Source: Lama glama
Taxonomy: Eukaryota
DNA length: 64,000 nt
NCBI GenBank assembly: GCA_028534125.1
Contig: CM052817.1
Coordinates: 85,376,001 to 85,440,000 of the forward strand
Direction of reading: 5' to 3'
A program made the position numbers and the translations under genes. The notes beneath the pieces are model-generated. The model made no database searches, was not told where the DNA came from, and saw nothing but the letters and a program-made list of their open reading frames with translations. This document shows, piece after piece, positions 14,176-26,531 of this stretch; within the stretch, counting starts at the first letter, position 1; each line of letters begins with the position of its first letter.

Positions 14176-15794
14176 TTACTTGAAAGATGTTCAACATCAC
14201 TAATCATTAGGGAAATGCAAATCCAAACCACAGTGAGATATCACCTCATAGCTGATGGAATGACTATCATCAAAAAGTCCACAAATAAGTTTTGATGAGG
14301 ATGTGGAGAAAAGGAAACTCTAGTACACCCCTGGTAGGAATTTAAATTGGTGCAGTCACTATGAAAAACCTATGGAGGTTCCTCAAAATCTAAAAATAGA
14401 ACTACCATATGATCCAGCAATTCCACTCCTGGGTATATATTCAAAGAAAACAAAAACATTAATTCAAAAGGGAACCCTCCTACACTGCTGGTGGGAATGC
14501 AGTTTGGTGCAGCCACTGTAGAAAACAGTATGCAGATTCCTCAGAAGACTAGTAATAGACTTACCATATGACCCAGTAATCTCACTCCTGGGCATATATC
14601 CAGAAGGAACCCTACTTCAAAAAGATGCCTGCACCCCAATGTTCATAGCAGCACTATTTACAATAGCCAAGACATGGAAACAGCCTAAATGTCCATCAAC
14701 AGATGACTGGATAAAGAAGATGTGGTATATTTATACAATGGAATACTATTCAGCCATAAAAATGACAACATAACCCCATTTGCAGCAACATGGATGTTCC
14801 TGGATAATGTCATTCTAAGTGAAGTAAACCAGAAAGACAAAGAAAAATACCATATGAAAGTGCTCATATCTGGAATCTAAAACAAATTTTAAAATGAACA
14901 TAAATACAAAACAGAAACAGATTCATAGACATAGAATGCAAACTTGTGGTTGCCAAAGAGGTGGGGGAGTCGGAAGGGACAGACTGGGATTTCAAAATTT
15001 GTAGATACTGACAAGCATATGCAGAATATATAAACAAGATTATACTGTATAGTACAGGGAAATATATACAAGATCTTGTGGTAGCTCATAGTGAAAAAAG
15101 AATGTGACAATGAATACATGTATATTCATGTATAATTGAAAAATTGTGCTCTACACTGGAATTTGACACAACATTGTAAAATTACTATAACTCAATAAAA
15201 AATGTTAAATATATATATATATAATAAAAAAATAAAGTTGCAAAAAAATTAATTCAAAAAGATACATTCACCCCAATGTTCATAGGAGCATTATTTATAA
15301 TAGCCAAGATATAGAAGCAACTAAGATGTCTATCAACAGATGAATGAATAAAGGAAATGCTTAGCCATAAAAAAGAATAAAGTTTTGCCATTTGCAACAA
15401 CATGAGTGGACTTGGAGGGTACTATGCTTAGTGAAATAAGCAGACAGAGAAAAGTAAGTATCATATGGTATCATTTATATGTGGGATCTAAAAAAATAAG
15501 TGAGTATAATGAAACAGAAACAGGCTAACAGATATGGTGAATAAGCTAGTGGTTACCAGTGTAGAGAGGGAAGAAGGGAGGGGCAAGATAGGGTAGGGGA
15601 ATAAGAGGTACAAACTTCCATGTATAAAATAAATAGGCTACAAGGATACATTGTGTAGCACAGGGAGTATAGCCAATAGTAAGTAATAATGTTAAATGGA
15701 TTATAATCTATAAAAATATTTAATCATTATCTTGTACACCTGGAGCAAATATAATATTATAAATAAACAATACTTCAACTTTTTGAAAAAAATT
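14176..15794 (+). mobile_element. Sense 3' segment of the same older L1 (ORF2 end plus 3'UTR), interrupted by a nested L1
   Basis: gatgttcaacatcactaatcattagggaaatgcaaatc (ORF2 C-terminal region) continues at ~15260 gatacattcaccccaatgttc through the 3'UTR; the whole element is bounded by TSD ATCCAATGTGA (13359-13369 and 15795-15805). Confidence 0.88.
14470..15240 (+). mobile_element. Younger 5'-truncated L1 (camelid-type 3'UTR) nested in the older L1
   Basis: ORF2 C-terminus and 3'UTR highly similar to the copy at 60786-61606; A/TA-rich tail; TSD caaaaa(c/a)attaattcaaaa at 14451-14469 and 15241-15259. Confidence 0.9.
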
Positions 15795-15985
15795 ATCCAA
15801 TGTGAATTTTATGACAAAACACTTAATTTAAAAAGCAAAATGTATTAAGTAGCAACTTTAAAAAAACAGAGTTTAATTGAGACAGATTCTTAATCTGAAA
15901 TAGAGTAATAGATCAATAGAAAATCAGGTCTAAAAGAGGTTAGAAATGAGCACATTTGATTCCTGTATTCAAAAAGGAAACAGCT

Positions 15986-16104
15986 GGAGGAGTGGGAATA
16001 GTTCAGTGGTAGAGGGTGTGCTTAGCAGGCATGAGGTCCTGGCTTCAATCCCTAGTACCTCCATTAAAAAAAGAAAAAGAAAAAGAAAAAAAAGAATGAA
16101 ACAG
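15986..16104 (+). mobile_element. tRNA-derived SINE (camelid-type) with A-rich tail
   Basis: ggagtgggaatagttcagtggtagagggtgtgcttagcaggcatgaggtcctggcttcaatccctagtacctcc shows Pol III A-box and B-box-like motifs followed by an A tail; degenerate TSD aaaggaaacagct / aaaggagatagct. Confidence 0.85.
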
Positions 16105-16899
16105 AAAGGAGATAGCTTATTCTTAGGAAGTTTAAATGTCTTGCTTAGTCTCACAACAGTGTAATAAATGATAACCAAACTTTTTGCTCTGGTGTGGTGC
16201 TATATTCATTACGCTTATATTTTTCACACTGAAAAAAAGCTGCAGTTGGAAAAATGATTGTTGTAAGAGAGAAATCCTATTTACTGCTCTGTTAGGATCT
16301 GAAATATAATGTCTTAAAATAATATGATCTTTAGGTTTTTTGTGGCTTTTATGTTTTATAATTGACATACTGTACTTTTTACAATGATTTCTAGAGTACC
16401 ATGTAACTAGTGTGCCTCATTCTCTGCATTAGATTATATGATGTTTCTAACATTTTTTTCCCATGGTGTGTAATTTTTTCAGTGAGAAGTTGCTTATGTT
16501 ATTTTCTTTACCAGAAAATAATCTCTGACTTTGATCTGGTGTCAGATGAACATCTCTTTTTGATATTACTGGATCAGGTGATGTAGCAATAATGACAAAG
16601 ATCTGGAAATAGCAATAGCAATCTCTTAATAAATCTCTAGGATTTTAAACTGTAGGATAAAGCTGAATTAATGCATTTTAAGAAAATGTATTTAGAGTTA
16701 GCTATTCCCTAAGCTGTAGGGATGCTTGGTATCAGATCACAAAAAGAACTTGTAAATTTGAAAGGCTAAAATCTAAGTTGCACGAATCACATTATAATCT
16801 CATCTGGTCAGACTTCATAGGGAGGCCTCGGTTAGATTGAATTTTGTGTTTCACATTTTATGAAAGACATTGAAAAAGGAATTGTATCTAAAGGAGGAC

Positions 16900-17060
16900 T
16901 AGTATAGTGAAGAAAATGCCATCAAATGAGGAATGGTTTTGTTGAGGATAAGTATGGGGTAGATAGTTGCCTTCAAGTACTTGAAGCGTGGACACATGCA
17001 AGAGATACTAGGCTTAACAGTGCTACAGAGCAAAGGTAAGGAAAAGGGTGGACATAGAAT
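16900..17060 (+). mobile_element. L3/CR1 LINE relic
   Basis: atgccatcaaatgaggaatggttt...gatagttgccttcaagtacttgaag resembles the L3 ORF2 3' end. Confidence 0.45.
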
Positions 17061-17479
17061 AAGGCTGATTTTGGTCCTTTTTCCACACACAGAACATCTC
17101 CTCACGAGGGAGACTCCAAAGCCACAGCTAATATTGTATCCAGAAAAAAATCCAAGATTTCTGGATGAAAGACATCAGATCCCAATATGGTCCCTTGACA
17201 ACCTGTGAACTAAAAAGTAACTGGTCCACTATTAAAATAAAAATCAAACAGTGATAGAATAACAATAATAGAAATTTGATTTCCATAAAAAAGGGTGGGA
17301 CATACAACAGTTAATCATCCATAACAATTTGGTAATTTCTCTGGGTAGGAATCACGAATGATCCCCACATGTGGTACTAAGTGGAGACCCTTGATGATAT
17401 TTGGATTTATGGTGAACTGAAAGGTGTTGATTTTTGTTTGTTTTGTTTTGTGTGTGGGTGCATGTATTTTTTAAGGTAC

Positions 17480-17897
17480 TGTATTAGTTTTCTAGGGCCG
17501 CTGTAACAAAATACTACATAAGCTGGGTGGCTTAAATAACAAAAATTCATTGTCTCACAGTTCTGGAGGCCAGAGGTCTGAAATAAAGGTGTTGGCAGAG
17601 TTGATTCCTTCTGAGGGAGAATCTGGTCCATTCTTCTTCTCTAGCCTTTTGTGGTTTCTTTGGTGTTCCTTCGCTGTAGATACCTACCTTCACCTTCACA
17701 TGGCGTCCTCCCCGGGTGTTTCTCTGTGTCCACATTTCCCCTAGGACACCAGTGTTGTTAGAATTGGGGCCCAGCATGACCTCATTTTAACTACTTACCT
17801 CTGAAATGACCTTATTTCTAAAAAAAAAAAAAATCACCTTTTGAGGTACTAGGGGTTAGGACACATGAATATTGGGAGGATGCAATTCAATCTATAT
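17480..17897 (-). mobile_element. MaLR LTR (MLT1A/B/C-like)
   Basis: tgtattagttttctagggccgctgtaacaaaatactacataagctgggtggcttaaataac...ctcacagttctggaggccagaggtctgaaataaaggtgttggcag...tgaggtactaggggttaggac. Confidence 0.88.
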
Positions 17898-18499
17898 TAT
17901 ATATAAAAACTTTTTTTAAGCTTATGGTATCTTTAGAAATGAATTCCTTTGGAAAGTAGTACAGTTCAGATCTCTTTTACTTCCAGTTAGTTTTCTATGC
18001 CAGTAACCATACCCAGAGTATCTTCTACACATAATTCTCAAGGCTGATTTATCTTTGCTTTCTTATGTCTAGAAATCTCTTTTAACTTAATGAAGTCTAC
18101 TGTGAGATCTTCTGGCGTAGGTGGAGAGGCCAGTCTCCATCTGATCTTTACTGCAACACTTAGTTTTAATAGACCGTGTTGCTCAAAGGCTTCTTAAACT
18201 CCCATTTTATGCTTTCTGGTTACAGAAAGCTTTTCAAATCCTTCAGGGCCCTGTCTCAATTCTACTTTATTTCATTTTTGTTTGCAATCAGTCAATCCCT
18301 TTCCTGACTTTATTTCTTTCTGATCATACATTGCTAAAGTCAGCTAGTCATAACCAACACACACTGTTATTATTTATGATTCTTTCCAAAAGTTTCCCCT
18401 TGAGCTGGTAGGCATCTGATCTTTCAGATTATCATGAAGTATAGTTTTTCCAAATATTTGGCTAATCTTTCCAATGCACTAGTTTCTTTTGACCCCTTC

Positions 18500-19010
18500 C
18501 TTTCTGTCTGTTACCAGATGCTTTTGTTTGGTAGTACTGAACTCTTGAGTTACGATATCTTTGTTGATCAGAGTGGGCTAGATGCTGTAAAAATACCCTA
18601 TTTGGTATTAGGTCTTGCTTTGACCTATATAGAATGTTGTGCAAAATGAACTGTGAGTGCAGATCCCAGGCTTTAAGAGGTCCTGAGTTTCCTTTCTCAC
18701 CCTCCTGGAATTCTGATATCACATTGCTGTGAAGAACCCTTTCAAGGCTACTGGGAGACGAGAGGCTACATTGGGGAAAACTGAAACACCCAAGCAGAGA
18801 GCAAGCACAAAGGCCTCAGACATAGGATTGGGGACATTGTAACACTTCTGCCATTGCCCAGGTACCAGATAGGGGAAGCTACGTGAATGAGCCCCAGTGT
18901 GACAAGCAGAACCAACCAGTAAATCCACATAATTTGGGAAATATCATTACCATTTTAAACCACTAAGTTTAGGACAGTCTTTATTCAGTGATGGATAACT
19001 ACAATATATT
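18500..19010 (+). mobile_element. Old MaLR LTR (MLT1G/H/J-like), possibly with MLT-internal sequence upstream
   Basis: 3' end ccattttaaaccactaagtttaggacagtctttattcagtgatggataactaca resembles an MLT1 LTR terminus; boundaries approximate. Confidence 0.5.
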
Positions 19011-21524
19011 TAAACCTGATAAATTGAGATTAAGTGTTACACTCTCTAGACAATCACTAAAGGAGAGTAAAAATATTTAATTACCATCTAGAATAGACAA
19101 TCTCAGTACACCAAACTGTTTGTATTTCAACAAACAGTTTTTTGAAAGAATATTTATGTAAATTTAATTTATAATGTCCCCGGTATTACTGGCCTGCTGC
19201 AACAACAAATCTCTTTAATATAAAATGTTTCTTTTATTACTGTGTAGATTGTTTCCAAATTATACAATAAACCACTGTCAGAAAATCTGGGAAATGATGG
19301 AGTCTTTACAATTATCCACTAGCCTCAATTTTTCAGGGGACATAATTTGTGTAATGAGTAACTTGTGGACTTCATGTTTTTTTTTTGCATCATCTATTTT
19401 GTATCAGTTGTAACTAATAGAAGATCATACCAATAAGATAACAAAACTTAAAATCTTGGGAAATATAAGAAAGAGATAAAATAGAAAGGTTTAAAGATAC
19501 TTTCTTATCAGACATTTTTATAGAACAATGACAAAAGAGAACTTCATTTAAGCTGCTTATTGTCTCTGAAGAAAGAAAATAAAACAACAACAACAAAAAT
19601 CTTTAAAATTGGTTACCATTCCTACCACTGCCCATTTATGTTGTGTTGCCAAAAATATTATGCCATCTTGTTTCTGGGAGTTGTTGGAAATATGACAATA
19701 TTATGTGTAGTTAGCTTTTCTCTACTGGCACCTTCTTGGAGGTAGAATAGTGATTTCTTTTCCCCCATTATTTTTTGTTTTTGTTTTTGACAGCTTTTGG
19801 GAGGCAATAAGTCTTTAGAGTGCTTTTAATTTGATGTTTTAAGGAGGTGAGGAAGAATTTTTGTGTGACTTTTTTTTTAAAAAAGTAATTACAGAAGAGT
19901 ATTTGGATTTGACAGTTAAAGAAATAATACTGAAGAACGTTGACTTTTGGATTTCTTTTTATATAACCATGGACATATACTATGTTAATATAAGCCAAAT
20001 TTTTACATATCCTTCTCTTTTGGTTTGTTTATAAGAATTGAAGATAAGAGAATTTAAACTTTGACTACTGATCAGAATTTTTTATTGTCAAGAATGCCGA
20101 AAGTAAAGATGAAATTCTTGGTTTCAAGGTATGGACACATGGTAAAGTGAATTGGAAAATGTTGTGCAACACTTACAAATGACTGAGACAAATATTTTTT
20201 AATTTACTTTTTTGTGTTAAGATGTAATAAAATATTGACACTATTGTTACATTAAAATGGAAACATAATTACTTTAACAGATTTCTAAAACAGTTTAAAC
20301 AACTGCTAGTGGTGTCAATTCCTTCAGATTTCAGGAAACAAAAGAATATTGGATTTGTAGTTTAATTGTAGTTTAAATCATGTCCTCAAGTTCTTATATT
20401 TTAAAAGTGTAGAATCTGAGGACCAGTTGGAGAGATTATGTGACCTACCCTAGATCACAAAGTATTTCTTTAGGGTCCACGAAATATGTGGTGTTTCAAG
20501 AATGGTTGGAGGCAGAAGAAGCAATGTATTGGAAATTCATAAAACAACGCATAGATCAAGCTTCCATGTGACAGATTTCCTAACAGCTGTGATGTTTGTT
20601 AAGGAAATTCTGCTGGGAGCTCCATATACTGAATTCAAAATCACACATCCCATTCAAAAAACAACTGGAATATGAATAATTTGCTCCAGAGAATAGGACC
20701 TAGAAGAGAAATTCACTGTTGCCTGCAATTCTTAACAGTACATTGGTGCATAATCCATTCATGAGGGAAATTTGATTTATTGACTTATGTACCTTGATAC
20801 TATGTTATTCTTTTAGCAGATAGCACTCAATCCCAAGATAATTCTAAAATAAAAATCATTAAGAACCTGCTAATTAATTACCCTTGGAATTAAAGCGCTT
20901 CATTATCCCTAATTTATGTTCATTTAACCTAAGTTCTGATCTTTTTTATAGATACACTGAGAATTAAAACTTAGAGAAGTCAATTTTCAACTCTTGATTA
21001 CACTAAATTCAAAGCTCACTCAATTTGTGATGTTTTGTTTAAGTGGCATATCTTGACTTGATTTGAATAAATAACCTCATTCCTTATTAGAATATATTTT
21101 GTTCTCTTCTACCTTTTATTTTATCAGTGTAATATGTGTTTCTTTTTATTGCCTATTTTGAGATTCTATAAGAATTCTTCAATCTGGCATTTAGAAATGA
21201 TCCATAAACATTCTCTCTCTCAAATCTCTCTCTCTAAATGTATGTGTGTTACCTTTCAGGCATGCTGCTTGTATTTTCTCTTGGAAGGTTTCTCTTATTT
21301 CTGCTTATTTTTCATTTCTATTATTTGCTATTATTTTAAATATATTCATTTCTTTAGCAAGTGTTTACTGAGCAACCAGTATCTTGCCATAGGTGTATAT
21401 ATGAACCATGTATTCATTTGTATGCTTGCTTGCTTACTTATTTATTTGGGTTTGAGAGTTCAAAGAGTTTAACTGAGAAATATGGAAGAATGAAATAAAG
21501 GGATACAGACATATAAAATCTAAC

Positions 21525-21905
21525 ATGATCTGGCCTTTGGTTGGTTCTCAGGAATCAATTTCCACCACTCTTTCTTGCTTATTTGAGACACACTGGCCTT
21601 GTTTCTTGTTGTCTCCAAGCATCAAAGTCATCTACTCAGGGAGGCCTTCTCTGAGGACTCTTGAAAAGCATTCACCACCATCATCCTCTTGTTTGCTTAT
21701 CCTGATTTCCTTTTCTTCAGTGTATCACTGATGACTTTATATTATGTATTTGTGTTTTTATTTCTCCTTCCTTTCTAAAATATAAGTTTCACAAAAGAGA
21801 AATTTCCCTGTTGTGTTTATTTCTGTATCATCAATAACTAGAATACTGACCGACATAGAGAATGAAAACATTGATACATCATTATTGAATAAATGAAAGA
21901 AGGAA
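21525..21905 (+). mobile_element. L2 3' fragment
   Basis: catgatctggcc...ctactcagggaggccttctctga...tataagtttcac...attattgaataaatgaaagaaggaatg. Confidence 0.65.
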
Positions 21906-21960
21906 TGGGTTTCCTATCCTAGTCAATGGTCAGGCAAAACCTTACATTTATGTTAAGGTA

Positions 21961-22110
21961 AGGAAAATAAGGAGTTAGCCAAATAATGAGATGAGGCAAA
22001 CCAAGAAAATAAGGAGTTAGCCAAATAATGAGATGAGGCAAACCAAGAAAATAAGGGGTTAGCCAAATAATGAGATGAGGCAAACCAAGAAGATAAGGTG
22101 CAAACCAAGA
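21961..22110 (+). repeat. 42-bp minisatellite, 3 near-perfect copies plus a degenerate partial copy
   Basis: Unit aagaaaataaggagttagccaaataatgagatgaggcaaacc at 21961, 22003 and 22045; it explains the 14-aa periodicity of the two overlapping minus-strand ORFs. Confidence 0.95.
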
Positions 22111-22299
22111 AGACAAAACTGTCTAAACTTTTGCACAAAAAATTGACCTTAACCAAATGCCTCCTATCTTATCAATCCTAGAAATGTTTTTGAATTATAG
22201 TCAAGAGATAAGAAAAGGGTATTTGTCCTTCCCAACTGTTAACCAGAGTATATTCATAACAGCATTTCATTAAGAGAATTGCTAGTAAATTTATAAAAC

Positions 22300-22599
22300 T
22301 TTTTTTTTTTACTTTTTTATTGACGTGTAGTCATTTACAATGTTGTGTCAGTTTTGGATGTACAGCATAATAGTTCAGTCATACATAATTCATTTTCATA
22401 TTCTTTTTCATTATAGGTTACTACAAGATAATGAATATCTTTCCTTATGCTATACAGTATGAGCTTGTTTATCTATTTTATATATAGTAGTTAATATCTG
22501 CGAATCTCCTAGTTTATCCCTTCGCACCCTCTTTGCCCCGTAACCATTAGTTTGTTTTCTTTGTCTGTGAGTCTGTTTCTGTTTTGTAAATATGTTCAA
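22300..22599 (-). mobile_element. 5'-truncated L1 3'UTR (older relative of the camelid-type family)
   Basis: Poly-T on the left, then catttacaatgttgtgtcag...tgctatacagtatgagcttgtttatc...tgtctgtgagtctgtttctgttttg; TSD taaatttat(a/t)aaac at 22286-22299 and 22600-22613. Confidence 0.85.
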
Positions 22600-22745
22600 T
22601 AAATTTATTAAACATTTAATTGCACTAATAATTTAAATTAAACTAAGATACTGTATTTTACTTTTAATCTATTGAAGTAATACAGATTTTCTGTTTTAAA
22701 CATAGGCAGTAGGAACCTCAAATTTGTACTGAAGAGGTGAATATT

Positions 22746-23088
22746 GATCATTCATATGTGGAAACTAAAAAACAAACAAACAAACAAACAAAGCATAAAT
22801 ACAAAACAGAAATCGACTCACAGACATAGAATATAAACTTGTGGTTGCCAAGGGGGCGGGGAGTGGGAAGAGATAGACAGGGATTTCAAAATTGTAGAAT
22901 AGATAAACAAGATTATACTGTATAGCACAGGGAAATATATACAAGATCTTATGGTAGCTCACAGGGAAAAAAATGTGACAATGAATATATATATGTTTAT
23001 GTATAACTGAAAAATCATGCTCTACACTGGAATTTGACACAACATTGTAAAATGATTATAAATCAATAAAAAATGTAAAAAAAAAAAA
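22746..23088 (+). mobile_element. 5'-truncated young L1 3'UTR (camelid-type) with poly(A)
   Basis: Highly similar to 14870-15200 and to the reverse complement of 60790-61100; internal (CAAA)n; aataaa followed by an A tail. Confidence 0.9.
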
Positions 23089-23094
23089 GGTAGT

Positions 23095-23650
23095 ATTTCT
23101 GGAAACCATTCTGGGAATATATATACCAAGAGCCTTAAAAATGTTCATCCCTCTTTATATAATGTAGTTACATACTTCCAAAATGAACTAAAATAATCAT
23201 CAACAACACAGTTGAAGACATATGTACAAAGGAAGATTCTTCAACATTACATATAATGGAAAAAATAAAAACAACAAATGCATACAATAAAGGGTTTGTT
23301 AAATGTGCCATAATGTAATCATGTAATCAGTCATAATGCATGCTTAAAATGATTACAAAGAATTTTAATAACATACTGCAATTTTATATTAATGAAAAAA
23401 TGCAAGCTGAAGAACTTTATATAAAGAAATAATTATAAAAATATCTGATCAAAACATAAAATTATCATTTTTTTATGTGGCAAAGGATTTTTATATTGGC
23501 AACTTAATATAATTCACTTTAATATGGAGATAAGAAAAGACTGCAAGGAAAAAGCATGAAAAATGCTATTATTATTAGTTATTTCCATAGGTAGAATTAG
23601 AGTATTTGCTTTTACTCGTTGTGTTTTCAGTAGTTTTAAGTTTATGAAGG
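23095..23650 (+). mobile_element. Old L1 (L1MC/L1ME-like) 3' fragment
   Basis: tttctggaaaccattctgggaatatatataccaagagccttaaaaatgttcatccct...tatgtacaaaggaagattcttcaacattac. Confidence 0.55.
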
Positions 23651-24209
23651 GAGTATACTATTACTGTTTCGAGCCAAATCTTAAGGAAAGCTTTTGAAAA
23701 AAAGTGTGATTTTCATTTATAGCTTCACTTAATAAGCTTGCATACCAGGTTGGCTGTTAGCAAGTAGCTTATTTCCTCGAAAATATTTTCCATATAATTA
23801 GAATAGATAATCAATAAACAAGTGACTGTTTTGTTTATAATAGCATCATGAGCTTCTTGGAGACAGAAATAAGTGAGACAGATTAACTTAAATTTTATTT
23901 GTCTTTCATACCAAATAGTATTTTTATATATATATACACACACACACATAGATGATGATTTTAAGAAAAAATACACAAAAATTGATTTATTAGTTACTAT
24001 CTAGATAGTACTTACTATTTTGTTAGTTACTACTTAGATTTATTAGTTACTACTTAAGAGTTTTTAGTTATTATTTTATAATAATATAATTTTTAACTGA
24101 AAGGGAACTTAGATATAATGTCCAATAGCCTTTTAATATATCTAGAATAAATTTTTTATATGTAGTATTAATTATTAATAATAACCAATAAGTATGTTGT
24201 AATTAATCC

Positions 24210-24500
24210 CTTCCATACACTTTTATCTAGTGCCTACTCTGTGTTAGGGGTTAGTCTGAGAACTAAAGAATCAAAGGTTAACAAGACCGATTCATGCATT
24301 CCTTGAACTGAAATACAGAGGATGAGACTAATAAAAACATTCAAATAGACCATTAATAAGATAATTATGAAAATATAATGAAAATTATACAGAAAACCAA
24401 AAAGGAATTGAGGTAGGAAACAACAGTTGTTACTGTAGCTAGGGAGTGAACAAAGCACTTCTCTGAGGACATGACATTTATGAGCGTTAATCTGGAACAC
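24210..24500 (-). mobile_element. L2 fragment
   Basis: tagtgcctactctgtgttaggg...cacttctctgaggacatgacatttatgagc, the reverse complement of an L2 3' end. Confidence 0.55.
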
Positions 24501-26531
24501 AGAATCAAAAAGCAGTATTTCAATGTGGACTGTTACTTAGCAGCAAAATCAAGGTTGCAACCCCATTTTCTTGATTCAAGTTAACTTATATGTAAAAATA
24601 AATTTATGCATCTTTATTTTGTGCTATTGAAACTCAGAATGGATAGTAGCAGAGTAGAATATCTGATATTCTCTAAGGCTGTTATCAGTTCAGCTGAAGT
24701 CAATATAAAGTTATAAAGATTCAGGGAAAGAAAATTTAACTACTCCTAGTTAACTTCTCTTGTGAGTAAATAGAGAATTTAACCAGTCCGTATAGTGCTA
24801 TTTGCAGTGCAGTTGCTAAGGTATTCAACTCATGGCTAAAAGAGTTTGATGAGTTATTTGATGAAATGAAAATTCCTTTTGGTAATTTGATTCTATTTTT
24901 GAATCTTTCAATTTAGGCTACTTTTGGAGGTGGGCACAGGGCAGGGTGCAGGGGATATCAAACAATGTTACCGGGTCCGTAATTTCAGAAATTCTCTAGA
25001 TATAAATTTTAAAAAGTGAAACATTTGGTTCCATTATTTTGAAACTAGAAAGTATGACTTTCATTTGGATTTTCTTTAGGCATTTTCTTTTTTTCTTTTT
25101 TTTTTCTTAACTATAGAGCAACAAAGACATTGTGAAAGGAAAGATTATGAAAGGAATATTTCTATTGGCATGTATTTCCCTTTCTTGCTCTTCTTTAACA
25201 GTACCTCTCCCTGCACTCCTTTTGCCTTCTCTTTCTTTATACCAATTATATTAGAGGCAATTCAATAGGATGACTCTAAGTTAGGCAGGTTAGGTGAGAA
25301 ATATTTTATTCTCCTGCTATAGTAGCTGTGCACCCTGTATGGTTTATATTTTCACCATGAATCCTCGAGGATGATTTTACATAATGCCCATCATGACCAT
25401 TAACACACTAGGTGTAGAGTAACTGAGAGAGAAAAATCAGAAAGTTAACAAAAGATTGGATGAAGTACCAAAGTTTCATTTCATCATACAAGAAAAAAAA
25501 ATAGTATCCTTAGGAAATTCAGAACCATACACCAAGGTGTAGTTGTCTACATTTGTTACACACCTTCTTATTCTCTCAGAGGGCAGATCAGTTATTTTAA
25601 TTTTTTCAAAGGAGAGGAGAAATGTAGACTGGAGAATAAGTTTTACAGTATGAATAACTGTACCAAAATAAAGTCATACCTATTTAAGATGACTTATATT
25701 AGCTATGCTTGCTCATATACATTGTATATAATACTGATGCAAGACAGATTTTTTTTTTCCCTCATGAGTCCTACACTCCCAGAGTGGGATTATTGCTTCA
25801 TTAAATTATTTGAAGTTTGTCAAATCCCATATAGAATGGCATCATAACCCAAAGTAGTATCTCAGTGCTGTGGAGAAGTGAAAGGTAACATTACTATGAT
25901 TCATTCTCAGAAGTAGGTAATGCACTGAGATGCATCATGCATACATCTATCAGAGAGGTGGAATTACTCCACAAAGAATAAAGAACCTTTTGAAGAGGAG
26001 TGTAATGTAATGCATACCGATCTTTTTTGCTAGGTTGCTAGAGTTAAAACTTGGCTGACGTTTCCATTACCAATTTTGTCTTTCTGGAACTTATAAGTCA
26101 ACTCTAACCTATAAACTCAGCAGAAAAATCTGTATCTAGGAAACTTTAGAAATGGTTAAAATTTAAATACATTCAGATAAATTGTTAAAGACAGATACCC
26201 AAATAGAAATGAATCCATATTTTAATTGTTTGCTTATGTGAGAGTAGGTCAAGCCAAAAATGACAGCTTTGATTCCAAAACTGAACAGATTGAAGACTCT
26301 ACCTCCCTTAAGATTGCTTTCCAGTTAGTTTATTAGCAGACCAAGAAACAGAGTGAAGGATTTAGCCAAGCATGGGTTAACACAGCTTCCCAAAATCCCT
26401 TTATGGCAATACACTGAAGCTTAGTGGTCAATGCAAAGTAAGCAGGTTGAAATATCTTGCAGGTCAGAGGAATACAGGGCCCAATAGGCAAGAGGAGAAA
26501 GGACGCTGGGACAGAAGCTACTCTTCTAACA

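Noticed and set aside
15986..16065. tRNA gene
   Set aside because: tRNA-like boxes are present, but the A-rich tail, TSD and lack of a clean cloverleaf indicate a SINE.
20475..20680. Possible plus-strand coding exon after ttctttag
   Set aside because: Translations in the three frames resemble no protein I recognise, and no convincing donor site follows.
21134..21472. 112-aa ORF
   Set aside because: Low-complexity T-rich sequence with no recognisable homology.
21919..22156. Repetitive ORFs, and a possible CRISPR-like array
   Set aside because: Head-to-tail 42-bp tandem repeat without unique spacers. The peptide periodicity is a translation artefact, and the context is mammalian.
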